A stretch of DNA of 64,000 nt from positions 864,001 through 928,000 of the forward strand of contig OZ244057.1 in assembly GCA_965215515.1 (NCBI GenBank), in the 5' to 3' direction. The notes under the pieces are model-generated. The model was not told where the DNA came from, did not search any database, and worked only from the letters and a program-made list of their open reading frames with translations. Positions 17,515 through 28,327 of the stretch are shown here, piece after piece. Source of the DNA: Oligoflexales bacterium. Its GTDB lineage: Bacteria; Bdellovibrionota_B; Oligoflexia; Oligoflexales; JAPPIL01. Positions within the stretch are counted from its first letter, which is position 1, and each line of letters starts with the position of its first letter. The position numbers were made by a program, and so were the translations under genes.

Positions 17515-20061
17515 ATGTCCTGCGCGAAATTTCTTTCCTGCCTCCTTGGCCTCGGCATTGCCTCTGCTGCTTTCGCCTTCGTAGGCTCTCATCGCGACGA
17601 CCAAGGTGACCGCAAGCGCTATCTCGACGAACGGGTCGTCGTGCGGCCGCAGCTGCATACGAGCACACGACTGACGGATAAGCGTGCGGGAGGCGCAACG
17701 ATCAGCATACAGCGCGATCGCCTAAGCGGTGTGCCACGCCTGCTGTCGGGAGCAGATCTCGGTCACTTCGTGGGACTGCAGGGCGAGGACAACGCTTCCT
17801 ACCTGAACATCATGCGCCGCTATGTCGCTGCAGGACACACGTTGTTGGGAGTTACTTTCGATGATCTACAGCTGGTGGACGATGCAACCTTCATCAACCA
17901 CGACACAGCCTTCTATAAATTCGATGTCTACCGCGACGATTTGCTCGTCGAAGACGCGACACTGTTGTTTCGCTTTCGTTATGGACGCTTGGTGCAGGTG
18001 GTGAACCGCACCTTCGCCGAGGCACAGATTGCCGACAACACAACTCCCGCGCTGAGCGACAGGCGTTTGCGGCAGTCACTAGAGAGTGAGCTGGGCACGA
18101 ACAAATACACCGCCCATGGCTACGCCTGGCGAGTAGTCGCGGGCGACACAGGCTACGAGTTACTGAAGGTGCGCACCTTCCAACAGGAACTAGGCGAAGG
18201 CCGTCGCGTGCAAGTCGACCCTCGCAGTGGACGAGTGTTCGAGGTTGCACCGAGTAGGTTCTTCAGCCGCGCAGGCTTCACAACCGCGGGGCGCGCGGAC
18301 GAGCCCGATCTGGTGCGGGGCTACGCACGGGCGAGTATCCATCCGCGCTGGTACGAGGAAGAGATGGTGTTCAAGCCGTTGTCCGAGATTATCATCGGCC
18401 TGGCCATGCCTCAAAACACTGTGGAAGAATCGCTCCCCGCAGCAGTAATGACCGATGTCGAAGGACGTTACCGTATTGCCGCAACGGCTCTCCCCAAAAT
18501 TAGCAGTATCACAGGAGCTAAGGTACGCATCTTCAACCGCACAGGCCCGCGGGTCGCGGTCGACGGCATCAAAAGAGGAGACTTTTGGCAGACACAGGTC
18601 AGTCAGCAGGAAGGCGTACTTCCCTCGCAGGATAAGATCGTCGCACAGTCGATGGTTTTTCATCACACCGATCGTATTTTTCGCCTTGCCGCTCAATACA
18701 TCTCCACCCCCTGGTTCGATGAGCCGTTACCCGCACATACCAATCTCTCCAACTCTTGCAACGCACATTGGGATTCACGGGCAGGAACGGTCAACTTCTA
18801 CTCTGGTAACGACCAATGTGCCAATACAGGGCTGATTTCCGATATTGTTTATCACGAGTGGGGACACGGCCTCGATGCCAAGACAGGCGGAATCAAGGAT
18901 GGTGCGTACTCGGAAGGCTTCGGCGACATCATGTCGATGCTGATCACCAAGTCGCCGATCATCGGGATCGGTTTCGGTTTGGACGGGCGTGTGGTGCGCA
19001 ACCTCGACCCAGACAAGATCTACCCACAAGACGCTAAAGGAGGGGTGCATGCCGAGGGAATGGTAATTGGCAGCACGTTCTGGGATCTGTTTAACAAATT
19101 CAAAGAGTACTACTCCGAAGACGAAGCGCTGGCGATTCTGCGCAAGTACGCTTTCCAGATGATTTTTACGGCCGAGAAATATACGGATGTTTACGATGCA
19201 CTGTTGGTCATCGACGATGACGATGCTGATTTGAACAACGGCACACCTAACCTCTGTATTATCAACGAACCGTTTGCCCAACACGGGTTGACCACCTTAC
19301 AGCGCAGTTGCTTGGTGATCAGCTTCGTGCGTAACGATGTGCAAGAGCTACACGGTAACGACAACCGTGTCATCGAGCCAGGCGAGAGAATCGAGCTGAC
19401 CCCCTGGGTGGAAAACCTCACCGCAGGGTTGCTGCACGACCTGCGCGGCACCGCCAGCACCACTAACAGCTACATCAACTGGAAAAACTCCCAGGCCGAG
19501 TGGGACGAGGTAGCCGCGGGAGAGAAAGCACCGAGCTCACGGTCGATCGTCTTTACCGTCGATGCCGATGCTGTCTGCGGAGAGGAATTCAATATCGATC
19601 TCGATTTTAGGATCGGCAAACGCAAGAAACATTTTTCAGAAAACTTTCGCATCGGCCGTTCCGCAGGACAGAAAGCACTCTATCAAGGGGTCGGCTTGCC
19701 TTTGGAGATCCCCGATCTGGAAATGGTCGAAGCTGAAGTGATGGTCGATGGCCTCGACTGGCGGGAAGACACACCCATTCACGCCGCGCAGCTCAAATTT
19801 GAGCTGCAGCACACCTATCACGGCGACCTCAACATCAGTTTGATCGCTCCCGATGGCGAAGAAGTGCTGACCAAAAAAATGCAAGGACGCGGGCGCGGCA
19901 TGCTGTCTTTCGACGAAGACATCAGCGATCTCCTGCAAGCGCGAGTAGGCTACGGCGAATGGCGTTTGCGCATTAGCGATCTCAGACGACTCGATCGCGG
20001 CATGCTGCACGACTTTTCCCTGACCCTCACACCCCGCAAATTCGTCTGCAACCCCGCCTGA
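17515..20061 (+). CDS. Secreted M36/M4-like zinc metalloprotease with C-terminal P-domain
   Basis: Signal peptide; CNAHW, HEWGH, SEGFGD, GGVH; P-domain HTYHGDLNISLIAPDG..GEWRLRISD. Confidence 0.85.
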   Translation: MSCAKFLSCLLGLGIASAAFAFVGSHRDDQGDRKRYLDERVVVRPQLHTSTRLTDKRAGGATISIQRDRLSGVPRLLSGADLGHFVGLQGEDNASYLNIMRRYVAAGHTLLGVTFDDLQLVDDATFINHDTAFYKFDVYRDDLLVEDATLLFRFRYGRLVQVVNRTFAEAQIADNTTPALSDRRLRQSLESELGTNKYTAHGYAWRVVAGDTGYELLKVRTFQQELGEGRRVQVDPRSGRVFEVAPSRFFSRAGFTTAGRADEPDLVRGYARASIHPRWYEEEMVFKPLSEIIIGLAMPQNTVEESLPAAVMTDVEGRYRIAATALPKISSITGAKVRIFNRTGPRVAVDGIKRGDFWQTQVSQQEGVLPSQDKIVAQSMVFHHTDRIFRLAAQYISTPWFDEPLPAHTNLSNSCNAHWDSRAGTVNFYSGNDQCANTGLISDIVYHEWGHGLDAKTGGIKDGAYSEGFGDIMSMLITKSPIIGIGFGLDGRVVRNLDPDKIYPQDAKGGVHAEGMVIGSTFWDLFNKFKEYYSEDEALAILRKYAFQMIFTAEKYTDVYDALLVIDDDDADLNNGTPNLCIINEPFAQHGLTTLQRSCLVISFVRNDVQELHGNDNRVIEPGERIELTPWVENLTAGLLHDLRGTASTTNSYINWKNSQAEWDEVAAGEKAPSSRSIVFTVDADAVCGEEFNIDLDFRIGKRKKHFSENFRIGRSAGQKALYQGVGLPLEIPDLEMVEAEVMVDGLDWREDTPIHAAQLKFELQHTYHGDLNISLIAPDGEEVLTKKMQGRGRGMLSFDEDISDLLQARVGYGEWRLRISDLRRLDRGMLHDFSLTLTPRKFVCNPA

Positions 20062-20244
20062 CATGATACAAGATGGGGAAGATATTTTTTTCTCTTTGAC
20101 CAGACTCTCCCACGCCTCCCCCCCGTCTGCGCTAACCGTATCTTGCCAGCTGAGCTTCATCCCCCACGAAAATACAGATAAAGGTTGGCAACCTGTGACC
20201 GATACGTCAGCACAGGTGGGTAACCTTCGCATAGAGTAGGCTGC

Positions 20245-22467
20245 GTGTCTTTTTTTGCCGTCCTGCTGGCTGTCAGTGCTTTCTCGGTCGCGTCCGTCGC
20301 CGCACACGGCGAGGTATCCCGCGGCGATCGGGAGCTACAAAACTGGCTAGGCACGCTCAGACACGCTTCCAGCCCACGTGCTCTCACTCCCGATGACCCC
20401 GCCCACGCTATCGGCGCACAGGCGACCGTAGCCGCATATCTGACCTTGCGAGGCACACACGAACTAGCCGTCAAGGAAAACCTAAGCGCTACCTTCTTGC
20501 GAAAATTACAGCAGCAAGAGGTCGTGCACCCTATCACACCATATTTCTTAGAAGAAGTGTCCGATTTAGAAAAATTTCAAAATCATTTCGCCTTGGGTAA
20601 TTTGACCAGAATATTTTCTACCCGCAGTTGTCCCGCCCGCCGCCTTTTACGTGCCTCGCTGGCCAGCAAAGAAACCCTTACCGCCCACGAATTACATGAG
20701 GTGATACCTTGGATTGCGTCTTTTCAGACGCGTAAATTTAAGTACTATACTTTTACGAAAATTTTACGCATTCTGCATAAAAACAAAACAAAACTTCCTT
20801 CCGAACTTGTCCCTTATCTACATGAATTTCCTAATCTTAAAATTGCTTTTCAGGGTGTCATGCCACGACTGACAGTAACCGATGCAGCACGCATCAAATA
20901 TTTTCTGCACGACAGGAAGTGTGCCTCTGCCTATACGGTTTTGCGTCGGAGCAAACTACAGTTGCCGAAGTTTAAAAAGTTGGCACGACAGATAGGTAAA
21001 TGCTACCGTCGTCATCGTCGTTTTAGCCAGCTTAAATTTTGGCGTAGCCTGCAGGGCTTAATGCGCAAAAAATATCAGTTTGCGGGCTGGGCCGCGGCCA
21101 CGATAAGAATGGCGGAATTGCACCGTTATCGCGACCGTTTTCAGCAGGCTATTTCTTTGCTGCAGCAGGTGCGCCGCGCGGCGAAACAGCACGCCGCTCG
21201 TCCTGAGCTTGACGAAGCGTTATTCGCCTTAGCACAGGTGAAAGAACACCAGCGGCAAACCGATGTGGCACGTCGTCTCTATCGTCAGCATATCGCACAA
21301 TTTCCGCATAGTCGGCGGCACAAGACGGCTTTGCGAGCACTGGCGTTGCTGTTGCTCAGTGAGGCGCGGTGGGAACAGGCCGAGTCTGTATTGCTGCGTT
21401 TGCGCCAGCGTCAGGAAGCCTTGCCGCGTGATATGCGACGGGAAAGTTTGCTGGGCTTCGCACTGTTGTGGCAAGGGCGGGCAGCATTGGAAATGGGCGA
21501 CCACGAACGGGCAAAGGCCGCTTGGCTACGCTTGCAACGGGAGTTTTTTTCCAGTTATCAGGGGGCGCTGGCACACCACCTGCTGGAAAAATTAACCGGA
21601 GACACCATTCCCGTCGCACCGCGGTCGCAGGCGGTTTTCGAAGAACGTATGCTATATGATCCCTTCGATCGGCAGACACAGGTGCAGGTAGCACGCGTGC
21701 TGTATCTGTTGCGTCTGGGCATGAACAAGGAAGCGACCTGTGAAATAAAAGAACAGCCCGCGACAGGCAATGCCCAGCTGTATGTCAAAGCACTGTTGCT
21801 GCATGCCGCAGGCGATTGGGCGACATCGATCAAGACCTTCACCGCCATCGACAGAAGTTATCGTGAATTGCTTCCGAGAGGTAGCGAAAAAATTCTTTTC
21901 CCCAAACGCTTCGAAGAAGAAGTTTTTACTTACACCAGTAGGGTAAACATCGATCCCTTTTTAGCGTTAGCGTTGATTAGACAGGAGAGCGTTTTCAATC
22001 CAAGGGCACGCTCGTCGGCCGACGCACGTGGCTTGATGCAAATTATGCCACGCACAGCACGCTACGAGGTACAGCGTCTGAAGGCCTCATACATCTCTAC
22101 CCAAGAAAAAAAACGCATCAAGCGCGCCGTGCACCGCTCCAAAAACAACCTCTTCGATGTGTCCACCAACGTTTTGCTCGGGGTGCACTACTTGCACCGC
22201 CTGTTCAATAAATACAACAACACGGTGCATACCCTGTCTTCCTATAACGCAGGCATGACACCTGTTAATCGCTGGCTAAAAACCTTTTCCGACAACAACG
22301 ACCCTATGCTCTTCATCGATAAAATTCCGTGGCGAGAGACACATAACTACGTCAAGCTCGTTCTGCGCAATTATTTTTATTACAAGCGCTGGTACGCACA
22401 AGAAGAACACCCCCACCACGACCACCTCGCGCCCGTCGTGAAGGCTGCTTTGCAACATCATCGTTAG
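20245..22467 (+). CDS. Soluble lytic transglycosylase (Slt-like) with TPR region
   Basis: IRQESVF, ARGLMQIMP, SYNAG, ETHNYVK. Confidence 0.88.
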   Translation: MSFFAVLLAVSAFSVASVAAHGEVSRGDRELQNWLGTLRHASSPRALTPDDPAHAIGAQATVAAYLTLRGTHELAVKENLSATFLRKLQQQEVVHPITPYFLEEVSDLEKFQNHFALGNLTRIFSTRSCPARRLLRASLASKETLTAHELHEVIPWIASFQTRKFKYYTFTKILRILHKNKTKLPSELVPYLHEFPNLKIAFQGVMPRLTVTDAARIKYFLHDRKCASAYTVLRRSKLQLPKFKKLARQIGKCYRRHRRFSQLKFWRSLQGLMRKKYQFAGWAAATIRMAELHRYRDRFQQAISLLQQVRRAAKQHAARPELDEALFALAQVKEHQRQTDVARRLYRQHIAQFPHSRRHKTALRALALLLLSEARWEQAESVLLRLRQRQEALPRDMRRESLLGFALLWQGRAALEMGDHERAKAAWLRLQREFFSSYQGALAHHLLEKLTGDTIPVAPRSQAVFEERMLYDPFDRQTQVQVARVLYLLRLGMNKEATCEIKEQPATGNAQLYVKALLLHAAGDWATSIKTFTAIDRSYRELLPRGSEKILFPKRFEEEVFTYTSRVNIDPFLALALIRQESVFNPRARSSADARGLMQIMPRTARYEVQRLKASYISTQEKKRIKRAVHRSKNNLFDVSTNVLLGVHYLHRLFNKYNNTVHTLSSYNAGMTPVNRWLKTFSDNNDPMLFIDKIPWRETHNYVKLVLRNYFYYKRWYAQEEHPHHDHLAPVVKAALQHHR

Positions 22468-22503
22468 CGGGTGCGGACGGAGTCGGCCCGCCTTTAGTGA
22501 CTT

Positions 22504-23955
22504 TCAAGACGGCGAGGCAGTTGCACCGATACGGGCGACGATGGCAGAGGTCGAGTGTCCCTGGAGCAAAGGAATGGTGGTGACTACGCCCCCCTGTCGC
22601 CGCACAATGCTCGCTCCTGCAATGTCCTGTGCCTGCCAATCGGCACCTTTGACCAACACGTGCGGGTTGAGGCGCGCGATCAGAGCTGCAGGGGTGTCTT
22701 CCTCGAACCAACTGACGAGATCGACACAGCTGAGTGCTGCGATGAGACGCAAGCGTGCTGGGAGTGCCACGATAGGGCGGGTACTACCTTTAAGGCGGGA
22801 GACAGAGCGATCGGAGTTGAGTGCGACAACCAGTACATCGCCACGAGCACGAGCTTTTTCCAGAAAAGTCACGTGCCCCGCGTGCAAAATATCGAAGCAG
22901 CCATTCGTGAAAACAACACAACCGCTGCGCGCGGCAAGTGCCGTAGCAAGCTGCTGAGGATCGACAATCTTGTGTGCACTGCTGTGACTCTCGGCCGCCC
23001 TGAGTGCTCGCTTGAGTTCTGCTGCGGTCACCGCCTGCGTGCCACGTTTCTCAACCACCAGCCCTGCGCCGTGACTAGCGATCTCCAGGGCGTGTGGCAC
23101 GGGCACAGCACAACCCGCCGCCAATGCCATCAATGCCGCGACGGTATCTCCCGCTCCAGAAACGTCGAAAACTTCCCGCGCCCGAGTGCGTTGCCACACA
23201 GGTGTTTGCGTCGGTGCACGCGGCACGTAGACCATGCCGTCTTTGCCCATAGTTACCAACACGTCCCGCAGGTGAGGGTAGCGGCGTTGCAGGGCACGTC
23301 CGAGCCGTGCCCCGTCGTCTTCCTGGGCAGCTGGGGTATCGAGAGCACGACGTGCTTCAAGCAGGTTAGGGGTGATGAGATCGGCAGCGGCGTAGGGCTG
23401 GAAATCACATCCGTAGGGATCGACTACTACCTTACTGCCGCGACGGTGAGCGAGGGCGATCAGGCGTGCACTCAAAGCAGGCGGCAGCGTGCCTTTGCCA
23501 TAGTCGCTGAGCAGCAGCACTGCGAAACGCAGCCGCACTGCCAACGCATACAGTTGTTCCTGTTCAGCATCGCGAAGTGCCTGAATTCGCTCATGATCGA
23601 CACGCAACATCTGTTGATTTTGAGCATAAATTCTCGTTTTCCTTATCGTTGTACGATGTGCGCTGGACACGAGATAAGCGCTGCTGATGCCGTCCTGTTC
23701 CAACACCTCCCGCAGCTGTGCTCCTACTTCGTCATCGCCAACGATGGCACAGAGGTACGCCTTGCCCCCTGTCAGCTGCACGTTGCGGGCCGCGTTGGCC
23801 GCCCCGCCCGCCATGCGGCGGCGTGCGACAACTCGTTGCACGGGCACGGGAGCCTCGGGAGATATGCGATTAACCTCTCCATCGAGACACTCGTCGAGCA
23901 TCACATCGCCTACTACCAGCACGGTGGTGGGAGTTTGCTCCCACGGCAAGCGCAT
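22504..23955 (-). CDS. hldE: Bifunctional heptose 7-phosphate kinase / heptose 1-phosphate adenylyltransferase
   Basis: GDVMLD, RISPEAPVP, DVSGAGDT, FTNGCFDILHAGH. Confidence 0.95.
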   Translation of the reverse strand: MRLPWEQTPTTVLVVGDVMLDECLDGEVNRISPEAPVPVQRVVARRRMAGGAANAARNVQLTGGKAYLCAIVGDDEVGAQLREVLEQDGISSAYLVSSAHRTTIRKTRIYAQNQQMLRVDHERIQALRDAEQEQLYALAVRLRFAVLLLSDYGKGTLPPALSARLIALAHRRGSKVVVDPYGCDFQPYAAADLITPNLLEARRALDTPAAQEDDGARLGRALQRRYPHLRDVLVTMGKDGMVYVPRAPTQTPVWQRTRAREVFDVSGAGDTVAALMALAAGCAVPVPHALEIASHGAGLVVEKRGTQAVTAAELKRALRAAESHSSAHKIVDPQQLATALAARSGCVVFTNGCFDILHAGHVTFLEKARARGDVLVVALNSDRSVSRLKGSTRPIVALPARLRLIAALSCVDLVSWFEEDTPAALIARLNPHVLVKGADWQAQDIAGASIVRRQGGVVTTIPLLQGHSTSAIVARIGATASPS

Positions 23956-24150
23956 AACAAGACCTCCGTTACAGTCAGGCCTCATAGCACATTAGCCATT
24001 TTTTCCCAAACAACCCGCATCATTTATCCGCCCGCGGCAGGCTATGTCACCGCGGACGAAAGCGGGAAAATATCGACACCCCTTAATGTTTCCCCCGCGC
24101 TTACCGACACGGGGCGGGAAGGCCGCGGGCAGATATCGGAACGAGACGGC

Positions 24151-24936
24151 ATGCGGGTAGAAAAAATCAAGCGCATCGTCGCAGACGGCGATCTAGAACG
24201 AGCGCAGGAGGCTTTGGATACATTGTTGGATCTCGGCCCCAACAATGTCGAGGCTTTAAAATTGCAAGCTGCTCTGCTCAAGATACAGGGCAAATTGGAT
24301 GACGAGCGACAGCTGTGGGTTAGAATTCACGAGTTGGATGCAGATGACCTCGACACCCTGCGTTTTTTGCAGAAAAAGCAGGTGGAGGAACGAGAATTTT
24401 TTTATTTTACCGATGAGCTGCCAGAGGGGCGTAGATTTCTTGCTTACCCTAAAAAAATGGCGGTAGCCTCGCTTATCGGGTTGTTTGGTTGTACGCTGTT
24501 TCTCGTCATTGCGCACTCTGTCCGTATGCACCTCCCTCTAGGTGGGCAGGGGATCGTGCTGCTGACCTTCGCGGTCTGTGTGCTGTTGCCCTGGGTATTG
24601 ATCATTCATCGTTTTTTGACAGGGTTGGTGTCGATCGCTGTTACCGCGGCTGACATTCGTATCAAGTCTCGCTGGCAAACACTTGCCTATCGCTGGGACG
24701 AACTGCATCAGGTATGTCTTGCCCACCAACACGATGCTGCACGCGAACAGTTGTTGTTGATAATTGTCCCGCGCCGCGCCGCACTGCCTGCGATAGAAGT
24801 TGACCTAAGCGATGGCAGTTCCAGTCTCTGTGCGCGTTCCTATCTGATTGCGGAGATTAAACGTGCCTGCCACAAACTCGAACACACCCCGCGTGAGCAA
24901 CTGCATCTCGGCGCAAGAAAGCGCTTGGTTTTCTAA
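24151..24936 (+). CDS. TPR-containing membrane protein, hypothetical
   Basis: Likely true start inside the 793-aa track ORF; TPR-like N-terminus and two TM helices. Confidence 0.65.
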   Translation: MRVEKIKRIVADGDLERAQEALDTLLDLGPNNVEALKLQAALLKIQGKLDDERQLWVRIHELDADDLDTLRFLQKKQVEEREFFYFTDELPEGRRFLAYPKKMAVASLIGLFGCTLFLVIAHSVRMHLPLGGQGIVLLTFAVCVLLPWVLIIHRFLTGLVSIAVTAADIRIKSRWQTLAYRWDELHQVCLAHQHDAAREQLLLIIVPRRAALPAIEVDLSDGSSSLCARSYLIAEIKRACHKLEHTPREQLHLGARKRLVF

Positions 24937-25019
24937 CCCAGCATCACCCCGCGACGGGTATCAACCGTGCGGACTAACGAGGAGTGGGCGAACAACGAGG
25001 GAGGGGCGCGAGTCAGCGT

Positions 25020-25874
25020 TCAAATACCAGCCAAGTCCTGGTCGGACTCCTCGTCACTGAAACGATCACGCAACTTCTCAATCACGCGGCTCAGCTCACA
25101 TGCCTCCGCCTGACAGCCATAAATCTTCTGAATGCGCTGAATGTCACCCTTCGAAACGCCGCGGCTGGTCAAACCCGTGCCGATCAACAGCGAAGGATTC
25201 ATCGCCGAATACATGTCCACGTCCTCGTCAATGTGACTTAAACCCAAAAGATGCCCCAACTCATGCAAGGCGAGCGATTCCATATCGACAACCTCCTTGC
25301 TCTCCTCATCGTCATATTGCAAAGTCAAACTGTCGCCGAACACGTAGAAGGCACTGTTGAACCTTATGTCAGCAGTTCTGATCGCCTCCAAGCCGCCGCT
25401 CTCGTTTTCCCAAATCGTCGTGGCTAACACGACCTCAGACTTGCCCGTCTTCCCCCAATCCCTGTCGAGATAGTGACCGTTGACAGAATCAGACAAAGAC
25501 GTATACAGGTCATTGAACGTGTCGCCCTGAACCTCCTTGTGCACACCGCGAAACTCAAACAACTGTTTGCCTACCGCAATCTCCCATGTCTTGACGGCGC
25601 GCAAAATGCCCTGTAACTGCTCCTGCGACGTAAGACTGAAAGTGCTTTCAAAACCAGAACCAACCCGAAAAGGAATCGGCAACTGCCGCCACCCCGCAGC
25701 GGCATGTATGCCATAAAATTCCGAATCAGGGTCCGTGGCATCATAAGGCAACTCCTGCTGCGTGTCCTCGTCCAGCGAAACCTTGTAAAACTGCAAGCCA
25801 CAAGAAATAAAGTTGACGAAAAAAATGACAACACATACCAATAACGAAAAATATTTTAGCGCCACACTAAACAC
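25020..25874 (-). CDS. Matrixin (M10) family metalloprotease lipoprotein
   Basis: HELGHLLGLSH, Met-turn SAMNP, ADIRFN; lipobox FISC. Confidence 0.88.
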   Translation of the reverse strand: MFSVALKYFSLLVCVVIFFVNFISCGLQFYKVSLDEDTQQELPYDATDPDSEFYGIHAAAGWRQLPIPFRVGSGFESTFSLTSQEQLQGILRAVKTWEIAVGKQLFEFRGVHKEVQGDTFNDLYTSLSDSVNGHYLDRDWGKTGKSEVVLATTIWENESGGLEAIRTADIRFNSAFYVFGDSLTLQYDDEESKEVVDMESLALHELGHLLGLSHIDEDVDMYSAMNPSLLIGTGLTSRGVSKGDIQRIQKIYGCQAEACELSRVIEKLRDRFSDEESDQDLAGI

Positions 25875-25954
25875 AATAACCCCTCAGCCTCACGCCTACG
25901 GTTCGGCAAAATAAGGCGGTTGCTTTAGCTAAAAGGTAAAAACTTAGTTATTAT

Positions 25955-26227
25955 TTAATGATTTAAGAAAGTTATGTCGGTAGCTTGTCGTGTGATGCGG
26001 TGCATGATCGTCTTGTCAAGGGCTTGCAAGGAGCGGCGCGGGTTGTGCGCAAACAGGGCGGGCAGTTTGTCGGAAAGCAACAGCAGGAGAAAATCGACAT
26101 CGGGACAGTGTGCCAGCCATTTTTGGATAAGGTGATAGTCGTGTGCAGAAAGGAAAGAGCCGCGGTTTTTGTGGGCGAGCACAAATTCCGTGACAAGTTG
26201 CGCAGGGGACAGATCGTCGTCGTGCAT
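25955..26227 (-). CDS. Small hypothetical protein, DnaD-domain-like
   Basis: LSAHDYHLIQKW helix pattern; follows the oxidoreductase directly. Confidence 0.5.
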   Translation of the reverse strand: MHDDDLSPAQLVTEFVLAHKNRGSFLSAHDYHLIQKWLAHCPDVDFLLLLLSDKLPALFAHNPRRSLQALDKTIMHRITRQATDITFLNH

Positions 26228-26229
26228 GA

Positions 26230-27387
26230 CTAGGGCGGCAGAGTGCGTAGACGTTCTGGCCACAGCTGGCGTGGCAGGCTGTCGCTGTGGCCGTGGCAGA
26301 TCAGGTCGGCAAGACACTTACCTGCCTGAAACCCCCAGCTCAAGCCGTTACCCATGTAGCCTGTGGCGAGCAGAACGCGCTCGTTGCCGTACATCGGCCC
26401 GATGATCGGGAGCTCATCACAAGGTCGTACACCGATAAGCGGCACTGTGTGCATGCAGTGCAGGGGAGCGATGGCAGGCAGGAATTTCTGAAACCGTTGC
26501 TGTAGATAGGCGGTAATTTTTTCGTCGGCGCGCGGCTTGGCATCACCCGTGCCTGCCAGCCGTCGTAAAAAACGCGCCCCGCCGAGACGAATTTCCTCAT
26601 CCGAGACGACCACCGCCCATTCGTGCCCGTGATTGGCCGTCAACACCAACCCCGTTGCCAGTCGGTGGCTTTCGGCACGATAACTGCTCCACTGGTCGCG
26701 GTAGGGAATCACGATTTCCTCCAACTCTGGCATCAGAGTTACCAGGTGATGATGAGCAGCTAAGACCACCAGCTCGCAGTGCAGTTTACCTTCAGTGCAC
26801 TGCAGGACACAGCTCTTGTCACGTTGCCAAACCAACCTCTCAACCGCCGTGGCTAGCCATCTAGACGTGCTGAGTTCTCGCAAGCGCTGGCACAACAAAC
26901 TTGCATCGAGGTGACCAGCACCGAGACCATCGTCCTGTAGCGCAGCTACCGCTTGAGGATTGCAAGCCAACAGGCTGGTGGCCTCTTCTGCCGCGACCGC
27001 GAGGTTGCGCGCGGCGAACCCCGTGCGTTGGAACAGTGCCACTGCCTTTTGTGATTCGATCAGCTCATTGGGTGACACGATGAGACGCAAATGCGGGGCG
27101 AGTTGGAGAGCGATACGCTGCTGAGCACAAAAATCACGGAGGTTCTGTTTCGCCAGTTGCGAGAAACGATAGATCGCCGCGGCACTATCAAGTCCGTAAC
27201 CGTGTGCAACTCTGGTGATATTGTCGAGCAGCGAGCCGAGCACAAAGCCAGCCGTGTGTTCAGAGACAGGGGGGCGCAGGGGATCGCACAACACCACCAC
27301 GTCCTCAATCCCTGCCCGACCGAGATGGTAAGCGGTCGCTAGCCCCGTGATGCCCGCGCCGATGATGGCAACCTGACAGTCACGCAC
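26230..27387 (-). CDS. FAD-dependent oxidoreductase (DAO family)
   Basis: IIGAGITG, DELPIIG, TGYMGNGL. Confidence 0.88.
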   Translation of the reverse strand: MRDCQVAIIGAGITGLATAYHLGRAGIEDVVVLCDPLRPPVSEHTAGFVLGSLLDNITRVAHGYGLDSAAAIYRFSQLAKQNLRDFCAQQRIALQLAPHLRLIVSPNELIESQKAVALFQRTGFAARNLAVAAEEATSLLACNPQAVAALQDDGLGAGHLDASLLCQRLRELSTSRWLATAVERLVWQRDKSCVLQCTEGKLHCELVVLAAHHHLVTLMPELEEIVIPYRDQWSSYRAESHRLATGLVLTANHGHEWAVVVSDEEIRLGGARFLRRLAGTGDAKPRADEKITAYLQQRFQKFLPAIAPLHCMHTVPLIGVRPCDELPIIGPMYGNERVLLATGYMGNGLSWGFQAGKCLADLICHGHSDSLPRQLWPERLRTLPP

Positions 27388-27526
27388 AGTGTTGGCTCGC
27401 GTCGACAGCCGAAACTCCTTAATTTTTGCACCGCGCTGGTATACCCTATACCGCGAGGTTGTGGCAGCGCTAAATTTGCAGGCACACCAGGTACACTTGT
27501 GTTGTTATACTGTGAAGGGGATTAAT

Positions 27527-28327
27527 TTGACCGTGGTGTTGAAATCCGACGACGATATCGCCACGATGCGTAGCAGTTGCAAACTAGCGGCAGCGACCCT
27601 GCGCATGATCGCCTCGTACGTGCGGGCGGGGGTGAGCACGCTGGAATTGAACGACATCTGCCACGACTTCACGCTCGAACACGGCGCAGTGCCTGCCCCG
27701 CTGCATTACAAGGGTTTTCCCAAATCGATCTGCACTTCCATCAACGAAGTCATCTGTCACGGCATTCCGCACGCCGAGCAGCGACTCAAAGATGGTGACA
27801 TCATCAATATCGATGTTACTCCTATTGTCGATGGTTATCACGGCGACAGCTCGGTGACTTTCATCGTCGGCGAAGCCGCCACCGCAAGTCGTGAAGCACG
27901 TTTGGTGACACAATGTGCGCGCGAGTGTCTCTACCGTGCTATCGAGGTGGTCAAGGTAGGTAAACATATCGGCGATATCGGTGCGACCATCCTCGCACAT
28001 GCCGACAGTTACGGGTTCAGCGTCGTGCGGGATTTCGTCGGGCACGGCATCGGCAAAACGTTTCACGAAGAACCGCAGATACCTCATTTTGGCGTGAAAG
28101 GAAATGGCCTGCGCCTGTGCGAAGGAATGGTTTTTACCATCGAGCCGATGATTAACGTCGGCACGTGGAAAGCATGTTTGCTCGACGATGGGTGGACGGC
28201 GGTGACGGTAGATGGCAAGCTGTCCGCTCAGTTCGAACATACGATCGCCATTTTGAGCGATGGCAGTGTTGAAATTTTGACCGCAGATAACGAAATACCC
28301 CCGAGTGACCATGCAGCAGGTAATTGA
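27527..28327 (+). CDS. map: Methionine aminopeptidase type I
   Basis: CTSINEVICHGIP, DVT..GYHGD, GHGIG..FHEEP, FTIEPM, QFEHT. Confidence 0.95.
   Translation: MTVVLKSDDDIATMRSSCKLAAATLRMIASYVRAGVSTLELNDICHDFTLEHGAVPAPLHYKGFPKSICTSINEVICHGIPHAEQRLKDGDIINIDVTPIVDGYHGDSSVTFIVGEAATASREARLVTQCARECLYRAIEVVKVGKHIGDIGATILAHADSYGFSVVRDFVGHGIGKTFHEEPQIPHFGVKGNGLRLCEGMVFTIEPMINVGTWKACLLDDGWTAVTVDGKLSAQFEHTIAILSDGSVEILTADNEIPPSDHAAGN

Noticed and set aside
22555..24150. First 532 aa of the 793-aa plus-strand ORF
   Set aside because: Mostly an antisense shadow of hldE; the plausible gene starts at ATG 24151.
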